Below are positions 1-7,253 of a stretch of DNA of 15,440 nt, piece by piece. The stretch's first letter is position 1. Each line of letters opens with the position of its first letter. This DNA comes from Campylobacterota bacterium (GTDB lineage Bacteria; Campylobacterota; Campylobacteria; Campylobacterales; Sulfurimonadaceae), in the NCBI GenBank assembly GCA_034717975.1, contig JAYEMF010000068.1:1-15440 (forward strand). Reading direction: 5' to 3'. The position numbers were made by a program, and so were the translations under genes. The notes under the pieces are model-generated. The model ran no database searches. It was not told the DNA's origin and worked only from the letters and a program-made list of their open reading frames with translations.

Positions 1-96
1 GAGTAAAGTAATATCAATAGATAGTTTGGCTGTTATGAAAGCGTAATGTTTTATTGTTGAATATCAGAAGTGGTGGCTATTTTATGTTAAGCCTAC

Positions 97-170
97 GCCG
101 GTCGCTACGCGACAACGGCTTCGGTTTCGCACGGGCGAACGACACGAAAGTGTCGTTCACTGGTCCGTGC
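97..170. repeat. REP-like GC-rich double hairpin directly downstream of rnj
   Basis: Hairpin A: GCCG-GTCGC-tac-GCGAC-aa-CGGC (97-119). Hairpin B: GCACGGGC-GAACGACAC-gaaa-GTGTCGTTC-actg-GTCCGTGC (129-170). It abuts the rnj stop codon and has AT-rich DNA to its left. Confidence 0.6.
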
Positions 171-2204
171 TCACATCACATAAACATGAGGGACGATAAG
201 CGGGTATTTCTTCATCTTGCGATAGATATGTTTACGGACAACCTGGCGGAGGTCGTTTTCCATCGCTCTCGGATTCTCGATGTGTCCCGGTTTGAGGTTG
301 ACGAGGAAGTGTTCCAGAACATCCTCCATCTCTTTGGCAAAGGCTTTGTCATGCTTGTCAGCGACAATACCGAACGAGGTGACACGCGGTTTGGAGATCA
401 GGTGTGAGTCAGCAGCACTCACCTGAGCGATCAGCATCACGACACCCTCATTGGCCATTTTCTGGCGGTCAATGACGATATCGTCTTCGATCTGGTGGTT
501 GTTCTGGTTGTCGATGTACGTTTTACCCGACTTGACCGTTTTGGCTTTACGCATATATTTCGGGCTGATCTCGATACAGTCGCCATCACCCATCAGCAGA
601 ATATTACGCTCAGGAACACCACATGAGATCGCCGTCTCTTTGTGACGCATTACGTGGTTGTATTCACCGTGGACCGGCAGGAAGAACTTAGGATTGACCA
701 GGCGAAGCAGCAGCTTCTGCTCTTCGATACCTGCGTGACCGGAAACGTGCAGGTCACGGTCACGGGCAATGCGGGCGCCAGAACGCTCAAGGTGGTTTGA
801 CATCGCAGAGATAGAACCCTCATTCCCCGGAATCGCACGGGAAGAGAGGATGACCAGGTCATTAGGCTTGATCTTGATATGGCGGTGCTCACCGATCGCG
901 GTACGGAACAGTGCCGAGTTCGGTTCACCCTGAGAACCGGTGGTGATGATCAGTACCTCTTTGTCATTCATACGGCTGATCTCGTCCGCATCGACAAAGA
1001 TGTTTTTCGGCAGTTTGATATACTCATACTGCATACATACTTCAAGGTTTCGCTCCATTGAGCGGCCGATCACACAGATCTTACGGTTATATTTGATACC
1101 GTACTGGATCGCCTGATAGACACGGTGAACATTCGAGCTGAAAGTCGAGAGAATAATACGCCCCTCTGCCTTTCCGAAGACACGGTCAAGTGCCGGAGAA
1201 ACCGTAAGCTCACTCGGCGTTATCCCTTGGTTATAAGAGTTAGTCGAATCAGAAAGCATACACAGAACTCCTTTTTCACCATAATGGGCAAAACGGTGCA
1301 GGTCTGTCGTATAGCCGTCGACCGGGGTGTGGTCGATCTTGAAGTCACCCGTATGAATGATCGTTCCCGCATCGGTTGTAATCGCCAACGAAGAGGAGTC
1401 GATAATGGAGTGGGTGATATGCATCCACTCGACCTCAAAATCATTACCGATCTTATATACCTTACGTTTTTCAACAGGATTAAAATGTTTACGGTGCTCT
1501 TTAAGGTGGTGCTCATCGAACTTGTTACCGATCATCGCCAGTGGCAGTGACGTTGCATAGATCGGGAACTGCATCTCTTTGAAAAGGTACGGTACCGCAC
1601 CGATGTGATCCTCATGCGCGTGAGTGATGACGATCCCTACGATCTTGTTTCTGATCTCACGGACATAGGAGAAATCAGGAACCAAAATATCGACACCGTG
1701 CATCTCTTCATCCGGAAAACTCATCCCGACATCGACCAGGATCGCTTCTTTTTCCGTTTCAAACACGGCGATATTTCCACCGATCTCACCCAGTCCGCCA
1801 AGCGGTGTAACGCGTATTTTGGCGGTAGCGTTCAGATCGAGTTTGAAGTGCGGGTTCAGGCGCTCTTTTTGAACATCATGATTACGTTGAACCATCTCCA
1901 ACAGAACTTTATCAGTCGGTGCCGGAGCATTACGACGGCGGTTTCTGCCGCCGCCCTTTCCTCCGCCTTTTCCACTGCGGTTTCGGTTGTCGCTGCGACC
2001 GCCTTCACGTTTTTGACCACTCTCCGGCTTGCGGTTTGGGTTGTTACGGTTTCGGTTATCGCTGCGACTGCCTTCACGCTTTTCGCCACTCTCCGGTTTG
2101 CGGTTTGGGTTGTTACGGTTACGGTTTGGGTTATTTCGATTACGGTTTTGCGGGCGTTCAGCACTTTTTGTTTGGCTGTCTTGCGTTGTAGTTTCTTCTG
2201 CCAT
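171..2204 (-). CDS. rnj: Ribonuclease J (metallo-beta-lactamase/beta-CASP) with a disordered N-terminal extension
   Basis: PLGGLGEIGGN, THAHEDHIG (HxHxDH), HTGDFKID, DSTN, GSQGEP, HVSGH and PVHGE motifs. SD AAGGA upstream; lies downstream of rsmA. Confidence 0.97.
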   Translation of the reverse strand: MAEETTTQDSQTKSAERPQNRNRNNPNRNRNNPNRKPESGEKREGSRSDNRNRNNPNRKPESGQKREGGRSDNRNRSGKGGGKGGGRNRRRNAPAPTDKVLLEMVQRNHDVQKERLNPHFKLDLNATAKIRVTPLGGLGEIGGNIAVFETEKEAILVDVGMSFPDEEMHGVDILVPDFSYVREIRNKIVGIVITHAHEDHIGAVPYLFKEMQFPIYATSLPLAMIGNKFDEHHLKEHRKHFNPVEKRKVYKIGNDFEVEWMHITHSIIDSSSLAITTDAGTIIHTGDFKIDHTPVDGYTTDLHRFAHYGEKGVLCMLSDSTNSYNQGITPSELTVSPALDRVFGKAEGRIILSTFSSNVHRVYQAIQYGIKYNRKICVIGRSMERNLEVCMQYEYIKLPKNIFVDADEISRMNDKEVLIITTGSQGEPNSALFRTAIGEHRHIKIKPNDLVILSSRAIPGNEGSISAMSNHLERSGARIARDRDLHVSGHAGIEEQKLLLRLVNPKFFLPVHGEYNHVMRHKETAISCGVPERNILLMGDGDCIEISPKYMRKAKTVKSGKTYIDNQNNHQIEDDIVIDRQKMANEGVVMLIAQVSAADSHLISKPRVTSFGIVADKHDKAFAKEMEDVLEHFLVNLKPGHIENPRAMENDLRQVVRKHIYRKMKKYPLIVPHVYVM
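1978..2115. repeat. In-frame 69-bp tandem duplication (23 aa) in the rnj 5' region
   Basis: Units 1978-2046 and 2047-2115 differ at 6 positions by manual alignment. They encode NNPNRKPESG(E/Q)KREG(S/G)RSDNRNR twice, with an extra RNRNNPN subrepeat adjacent. Confidence 0.92.
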
Positions 2205-2262
2205 CTAAATTCCTTAGTTAGAGCAGCACCGGGATCTTCTCTTGAGATCCTGGCGACACCTC

Positions 2263-3039
2263 TTATTTTAAAATAGTATAGAGATGATGATAGTCGTTGG
2301 TAGTTACCTGATGAGGGCGGATGGAAGGAACCAGTCCCCGCTGCGCGATGGCGGCATGAACGGCTTCTTTCTCATACGTTGCCGAGAGATTTTTCTGGAG
2401 TGTCTTACGCGGCTGGGTAAAAGCCGATTTTAAAAACTGTTCAAACACTTCATCATGTCGATCTGCCGTTTTTTGAATGAGCAGGACAGCAGAATCGACT
2501 TTTGGCGGAGGCTCGAAAGCGTGCGGCGGAACATTCACGACGATGCGTGAATCCGCTACACTTTGGGTTATTACCCCGAGCGCACCAAACTGTTTCTCTC
2601 CAGCTTCCGCGGCAAATTTTTTCGCCACTTCAAGCTGGACCATGACAAGCAGATTTTTACACTGTGGATCTGCAAGTGCTTTGAGGATGATGTTCGTCGC
2701 GATGTAGTAAGGCAGGTTTGCCACCAAATCGTAAGGTTCATCCAAAAGCGTACTCTGCCAAGCCTCCAAGACATCTCCACAATGGAGCCTGAAGCGGTTG
2801 GTTCTGATCGCATCTTTAAAACGTGTATTAAGGTGCTTGCATAAGTCGGTATCGACCTCAAAAGCTTCTACACTTTTGACATCAACCAAATAATTGGTTA
2901 AATCACCTAAGCCAGGCCCGATCTCGGCGATCTTATGATCGTTCAGGGGCATCGCTTCGACGATTTTTCGTAGAACACTCTCATCTTTTAAAAAATTCTG
3001 GCCAAATTTCTTTTTGGCAATGACGCGTTCACTAGACAT
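2263..3039 (-). CDS. rsmA: 16S rRNA m6,2A1518/1519 dimethyltransferase RsmA/KsgA
   Basis: KKKFGQNFL, EIGPGLG, ANLPYYI, MVQLEVA and F.PPPKVDS motifs. Confidence 0.98.
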   Translation of the reverse strand: MSSERVIAKKKFGQNFLKDESVLRKIVEAMPLNDHKIAEIGPGLGDLTNYLVDVKSVEAFEVDTDLCKHLNTRFKDAIRTNRFRLHCGDVLEAWQSTLLDEPYDLVANLPYYIATNIILKALADPQCKNLLVMVQLEVAKKFAAEAGEKQFGALGVITQSVADSRIVVNVPPHAFEPPPKVDSAVLLIQKTADRHDEVFEQFLKSAFTQPRKTLQKNLSATYEKEAVHAAIAQRGLVPSIRPHQVTTNDYHHLYTILK

Positions 3040-3054
3040 TGATACATTATATCT
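3040..3054 (-). promoter_or_regulatory. sigma70-type -10 box for rsmA, probably leaderless
   Basis: Minus strand reads aagaTATAAT-gtatca-ATG. TATAAT (3046-3051) is 6 nt from the start codon and there is no SD. Confidence 0.7.
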
Positions 3055-3134
3055 TGTTATCTCTTATAAAAAGTTGATAACTTATGTCATTCTATCTATC
3101 TGTTTGCTCTTTGAATGAAAAAGTAACTTTTTGT

Positions 3135-3267
3135 AAACAGGTCAATCAGTCAGGTCATTGCTAGAAGGAGATATGCGCTATGGCCAGGGAGGAGAACCTG
3201 GCGAAGCTTTGAATCTTATTTAGGAGTGAATAAATGAAGCTCTCTTCACTGCTGCAACTGAAGAGAT
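3135..3267 (-). ncRNA. Candidate small RNA with three C/U-rich (CUCCU) loops, CJnc190/RepG-like architecture
   Basis: Intergenic, with its own promoter and a predicted +1 A at 3267. Consecutive hairpins: UCUCUUCA/UGAAGAGA; UUAUU-cacuccua-AAUAA inside AGCUU/AAGCU; GCCAGG-uucuccuc-CCUGGC; CAUaGC-gcauaucuccuucua-GCaAUG. The 3' end is uncertain. Confidence 0.6.
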
Positions 3268-3273
3268 GGCAAA

Positions 3274-3294
3274 AGTATAAACCATCTTGGTTAA
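3274..3294 (-). promoter_or_regulatory. Orphan sigma70-type promoter driving the candidate sRNA
   Basis: Minus strand TTAACC-aagatggtt-TATACT-tttgcc-A. The same TTAA(C/G) plus -10 layout occurs upstream of yajQ and the helicase in this window. Confidence 0.65.
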
Positions 3295-3330
3295 TCGATT
3301 GTAAATAGTGAGCACCTTTAAAAGAAGAGG

Positions 3331-4770
3331 TTAAGCATTAGCAGCTGCGCGCTCTTCCACTATGGCATCAAGCAACACGAAAAGCTGCCCTGAAGCTCCT
3401 TCCATCGTTGCAAAGTTCTGGACGATGGTTTCCCGGTTATTACCATCCAATGTCGTACCATTTTGGACAAATACAAGGCTGTCAAGGACAGCGTTATGTA
3501 CGATCTGGTGTGGTTTATCCATTAATGCATATGATTTCGTGGCACCAAAATGTTCTTTACCGGCGGCATCATACCATTTACCCATACGGCAGTTGTGATG
3601 GTCAGCAAACTTCTCCTCTTTTTGTTCATTTATAACCGCCGCGTAGGCACGTGATTTATAGATAATGTGATCTACTTTGACCAGGGTTGTAAAGAGTTTA
3701 CTCTGGATTGAGACAGCCGTATTTGCCGAACTTCTTGCCGTTTCAGAAAAGCTTTCGAAGGTGCTTTCAAACTCCTGGATCACACCGGAGGACTCTTCGG
3801 CGATCTCTGTGATCTGCTCGGAGTTGCTTTGCATATCGGAAGATTCCTGCTGCAGGGTCGAGATGGTTATCTCTATCTCATGCGTCGCCTTCTGGGTACG
3901 CTCTGCCAGCTTTCTCACCTCATCGGCCACAACTGCAAACCCACGTCCATGTTCACCTGCACGTGCCGCTTCGATGGCGGCATTGAGAGCGAGGAGGTTG
4001 GTCTGATCTGCGATATCTTTAATGAGATTGACTACATCCGAGATCTCACTTGAACGTTCACCAAGGCTTATGATCGCCTCATGAGAGTGACCGATCAGCT
4101 CAACAAGCCTGCCCAGCTTACTGCTCATATCGACAACATTTTGCAGGCTCTTTTGCGACTCTTCTGCCGTCTGCTCCGAAGAGCTGACTATCTCTGATGC
4201 AGAAGCCTCTGTCGTCATGAGATCTTTTTGGATCACCTGCAGGCCTTCTGCCAGACCGCCGCCCAGGGAACCAAGCTGATCGGAAAGTTCAGCACGCAGC
4301 TTTGTTCTATAGCCCGCTGCAATCGTACCGACGGCTTCCCCTACCTGCTGAGAGTTCGTACGAAACAGACCATGCAGACCTTTGGGATTGCTCCGACGAT
4401 AGATTTTACCCGAAGAGGCGGATTTGATAGCCGTTGCACTATCCCGCATATAGGCTTCGAGCTGATCGAGCAGATCGTTCACGGCCCAGGCAACCGCTTC
4501 CTGAGCTTTATCGTCTGAGTGTATCTGGATGATCCGTGCTTCAAGGTCACCCTTGGCAGCGCTCCTGACAACTCTGCCTATCTCATCTCTAAGGTGCGGA
4601 TTTGATGCCGTTCTTTCCGATGGGATGAACAACCCGATCACCATAGCGGCCACTGCAATACCAGCAACAATCATCCCGTCTGTCAAAAGAGCAACAGTGA
4701 TAATCACCGCAAGAACAGCATACAAAAACAGCAGCTGCTTACTCTTGAATAGTGATGATAAATTCATCAT
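3331..4770 (-). CDS. Methyl-accepting chemotaxis protein: two N-terminal TM helices, HAMP-like linker, MA domain, C-terminal CZB zinc-binding domain (CetA-like)
   Basis: [40 protein letters not shown] signature. CZB-like HIIYK...[11 protein letters not shown]...PHQIVH. SD AAGGAG. Confidence 0.93.
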   Translation of the reverse strand: MMNLSSLFKSKQLLFLYAVLAVIITVALLTDGMIVAGIAVAAMVIGLFIPSERTASNPHLRDEIGRVVRSAAKGDLEARIIQIHSDDKAQEAVAWAVNDLLDQLEAYMRDSATAIKSASSGKIYRRSNPKGLHGLFRTNSQQVGEAVGTIAAGYRTKLRAELSDQLGSLGGGLAEGLQVIQKDLMTTEASASEIVSSSEQTAEESQKSLQNVVDMSSKLGRLVELIGHSHEAIISLGERSSEISDVVNLIKDIADQTNLLALNAAIEAARAGEHGRGFAVVADEVRKLAERTQKATHEIEITISTLQQESSDMQSNSEQITEIAEESSGVIQEFESTFESFSETARSSANTAVSIQSKLFTTLVKVDHIIYKSRAYAAVINEQKEEKFADHHNCRMGKWYDAAGKEHFGATKSYALMDKPHQIVHNAVLDSLVFVQNGTTLDGNNRETIVQNFATMEGASGQLFVLLDAIVEERAAANA

Positions 4771-5224
4771 AGCTTACTCCTTTATCTGCCAAGAGATCGT
4801 TTAATAGCCTGCCGGAAGCCTCCATGCCGCCGCTGCGTTCTGCATCGACCATCTTGGCATAAAGCGGCTTGATGATCTCAAGTGCTTTGGGGTTTGGCTT
4901 GCGGCGTACCGAGTAGTAACCGATGATATTCCCTCTATCATCCAGCGAAGGCGTAACATTCGCATAGACCCAGTAGTGGTTTCCCTTGGCCGTCTTGTTG
5001 ACTACAAAAGCAAAGATCTCATCTTTGTTCTGCACCCTGTCCCAAAGCAGTTTGAAGACCGTTTTGGGCATATCTGGATGACGAACAATACTGTGCGGTT
5101 TCCCCAGCAGATCGGCTTCACTGTACTCTGCCAGATCCATAAATATCTTGTTGACATAGGTTATGCGACCTTTCGTATCTGTCTTCGAGACGATAAAGTC
5201 ATTCTCATTCAGTGTACGTTCCAT
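4739..5224 (-). CDS. Stand-alone Aer-type PAS sensor (CetB-like), probably FAD-binding
   Basis: [50 protein letters not shown]. The ATG at 5224 has an AAGG SD and is preferred over the TTG at 5239. Overlaps the MCP start by 32 nt. Confidence 0.92.
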   Translation of the reverse strand: MERTLNENDFIVSKTDTKGRITYVNKIFMDLAEYSEADLLGKPHSIVRHPDMPKTVFKLLWDRVQNKDEIFAFVVNKTAKGNHYWVYANVTPSLDDRGNIIGYYSVRRKPNPKALEIIKPLYAKMVDAERSGGMEASGRLLNDLLADKGVSYDEFIITIQE

Positions 5225-5400
5225 ACAGAACCTTTCCAAAAATATCTAACAATAATAGTACGTGCTATCTAAAGCATTGCTAAAAGTACACTCTAAACGA
5301 CTCTTTTTAAACTATAAAAAAAACCTAATGAGCTATTTACTGTCACCCGAACTCAAACAAGATGAACCATTTCCGCTACCAGCCACTTTTTGACAGTATC

Positions 5401-5416
5401 TGCTATAATTCGGCCC
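5401..5416 (+). promoter_or_regulatory. Extended -10 promoter for RDD-MFS, probably leaderless
   Basis: TGcTATAAT (5401-5409) is followed by 7 nt and then the ATG at 5417, with no SD. Confidence 0.7.
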
Positions 5417-5923
5417 ATGCGATGGCGAGATATAAAAAAAGGCAGAACAGCTGCCCCCGATAACAACAATACACCTACTGTGGCCTATGCCGGTTTTCTT
5501 GTCAGGACAAAAGCCCTGATAACCGATCTGTTCATGATCTATGCCCCTATCCTCTACATCATCACTTACCTGGTGATGGGCGGCAAGGATGATTTCCAGT
5601 CCTCCCAGCTGGCTCCGCTTGTCGGGGTCACTCTTTATGCTCTGATCTATGCCGTTTTACTGGCAAGATCCGGTCAGACCCCCGGCAAAAAAGCCTATGA
5701 CATTAAAGTGGTAGATGCCGAAACATTTGAAACACTCTCCTTCTTCAGGGCGCTCCTGCGTTTCGTATCGTTTCTCTTCTCGGCCATGACACTTCTGGGG
5801 ATATTGATGCTCTTCTATCGAAGCGATAAACGAACCCTGCATGATCTGCTTAGCGGAACTGCCGTTATTTATGAGGGAAGAAGCAAGAAGGAAGAGGGAA
5901 AAGAAAATTCTGTTGGCACTTAA
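5417..5923 (+). CDS. RDD family membrane protein
   Basis: YAGFLVRTKALITD, GQTPGKKAYDIKVVD and KRTLHDLLSGT motifs plus hydrophobic segments. Start moved to ATG 5417 because the upstream TTG lies inside the promoter. Confidence 0.9.
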   Translation: MRWRDIKKGRTAAPDNNNTPTVAYAGFLVRTKALITDLFMIYAPILYIITYLVMGGKDDFQSSQLAPLVGVTLYALIYAVLLARSGQTPGKKAYDIKVVDAETFETLSFFRALLRFVSFLFSAMTLLGILMLFYRSDKRTLHDLLSGTAVIYEGRSKKEEGKENSVGT

Positions 5924-5957
5924 CCCCGCTTTCCACTCTCCACTTCCCTCTTCCCTG
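5873..5957. repeat. Inverted pair of degenerate heptamer arrays
   Basis: GAGGGAA GAAGCAA GAAGGAA GAGGGAA AAGAAAA (5873-5907), then TTTCCAC TCTCCAC TTCCCTC TTCCCTG (5930-5957). Confidence 0.7.
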
Positions 5958-5974
5958 GCAACCAGAGGTTTTCA

Positions 5975-7072
5975 GTGCTAGCATTTTTAATCGCCGCCTT
6001 CTATTTTTTCTACTTTGCGATCATCGCGGTCTACGTCATCTTTATGCCAAAAGTACTCGATATGGTCGGCTATCTCCCCTCCGAGATCGGGATCATCTTC
6101 GCCGCTGCCCCGCTGGTACGTTTTGTGGTCCCATTCGCCTTCATCAAAGGTCTGCAGCTTAACCGTACCATCTTCAATGCCGCCCTGGCCGTGATGAGTC
6201 TGAGTGCACTCGCCTTTTTCCCTGCTCTGCACTCATTCTGGGGGCTGCTGGTCGCCAATATATTCCTCGGTATCGGGCTCAGTCTGATCCTGCCCTATAT
6301 CGAAGTGATCGCTCTGGCAGAGATCGGCAAAGAGCGTTACGGAAAGATCAGGCTGTTTGGTTCCGTCGGCTTTATTGCCGTTGCTCTGGTGCTGGTCAAA
6401 TTCCTCTCTTCGCCGGAGGTCGCCATCGGCTATCTGGCAGCGACAACCATCCTGACAGCCCTGTTTGGATACAGCATCGCCCGTCATGAGATACGGCTTG
6501 CACAGCCGGCTCCGCTCGAAGGTGGAAGGGAGCTGAAACTGCTTGCACACTGGCCACTATGGCTGGGGCTTGGGCTGATGCAGGTGAGCTTCGGTCCTTT
6601 TTACAACTTCTTTACCATCTACGAGACCGATCACGGCGTCAGCCTCGATATGACCATCTACCTCTGGTCATTCGGTGTTGTTGTCGAAATATTTATGCTC
6701 TATTTTCAGGGTCCGCTGCTTCGCCGAAACCTGTTGGGTATCTTACAGTTCACCACTGCAGCAACAGCCTTGCGCTGGCTTCTCGTCTGGCTCTTTCCCG
6801 ACAATCTCACCATTCTGTTCTTTTCGCAGGGCATCCATGCGCTCAGTTTCGCCCTCTTTCACTCGGCAGCCATCAGCTACCTCTTCTCCCTCTATACCGA
6901 ACAGAAACTGGCTCAGCAGTTTTTCTTCGGTATCTCGTATGGTCTGGGCGGATTTGCAGGGGCGGTCAGTGCAGGCTATATCTATGAGTGGTGGCCGCAG
7001 CAGCTCTTCTTGAGCGCGGCACTGATCGCCATCGCTGCATTTGCCGCTCTGAAACGGGCGGAAAAGATTTAA
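5975..7072 (+). CDS. MFS transporter (MFS_1-like; HcaT/maltose-permease-like group)
   Basis: About 12 hydrophobic helices; YGKIRLFGSVGF and HALSFALFH motifs. GTG start with AGAGG SD. Confidence 0.88.
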   Translation: MLAFLIAAFYFFYFAIIAVYVIFMPKVLDMVGYLPSEIGIIFAAAPLVRFVVPFAFIKGLQLNRTIFNAALAVMSLSALAFFPALHSFWGLLVANIFLGIGLSLILPYIEVIALAEIGKERYGKIRLFGSVGFIAVALVLVKFLSSPEVAIGYLAATTILTALFGYSIARHEIRLAQPAPLEGGRELKLLAHWPLWLGLGLMQVSFGPFYNFFTIYETDHGVSLDMTIYLWSFGVVVEIFMLYFQGPLLRRNLLGILQFTTAATALRWLLVWLFPDNLTILFFSQGIHALSFALFHSAAISYLFSLYTEQKLAQQFFFGISYGLGGFAGAVSAGYIYEWWPQQLFLSAALIAIAAFAALKRAEKI

Positions 7073-7253
7073 GGGCATCCCTAATTGACTTAAGAACGAT
7101 ATAGGAGCAAAAGCCCCTATATCTACGCTAACGCTAAGTTCTCTTTAGCAGAGAGCTCACGCACCCTTGGTGCTTTTGGGTTTTCATGTGTCGAACATCT
7201 GTTTTGTAGTTCTAGTTAAAAATCCTTAAGTCAATAGTGTTGAAGGGTACCCC
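7073..7253. mobile_element. Putative MITE (non-autonomous element) flanked by TTAA direct repeats
   Basis: TTAA at 7069-7072 and 7254-7257. Termini GGGCATCCCT and AGGGTACCCC form a 7/10 inverted match. Perfect subterminal IR ATTGACTTAAG (7084-7094)/CTTAAGTCAAT (7225-7235). Internal hairpins; no ORF. Confidence 0.6.

Noticed and set aside
1..46. Possible 3' end of a plus-strand gene (SKVISIDSLAVMKA*)
   Set aside because: Too short and truncated by the window edge to support a call.
89..121. Integron attC site
   Set aside because: It has a CGCTACGC core, but no properly paired RYYYAAC/GTTRRRY ends and no cassette context.
54..407. 117-aa plus-strand ORF
   Set aside because: Runs through the palindromic element and antisense to rnj; no recognisable motif or SD.
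1978..2150. Possible CRISPR array
   Set aside because: Units are contiguous and in-frame, have no unique spacers, and no cas genes are present.
1605..2276. 223-aa hydrophobic-looking plus-strand ORF and other ORFs over the rnj 5' end
   Set aside because: Antisense or alternate-frame shadows of the low-complexity repeat region.
3180..3212. 10-codon ORF MAREENLAKL downstream of AGGAG
   Set aside because: Expected by chance opposite anti-SD loops; no other support.
3140..3270. SRP RNA, tRNA or a known riboswitch
   Set aside because: No SRP helix-8 motif, no cloverleaf or TTC loop and no aptamer consensus I recognise; kept as a generic sRNA candidate.
5316..5323. Poly-A tract as a phase-variation site
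   Set aside because: An 8-nt A run in AT-rich intergenic DNA is unremarkable; no long poly-G/C tract was seen.
5390..5395. TTGACA as a -35 box
   Set aside because: Only 8 nt from TATAAT, which is incompatible spacing.
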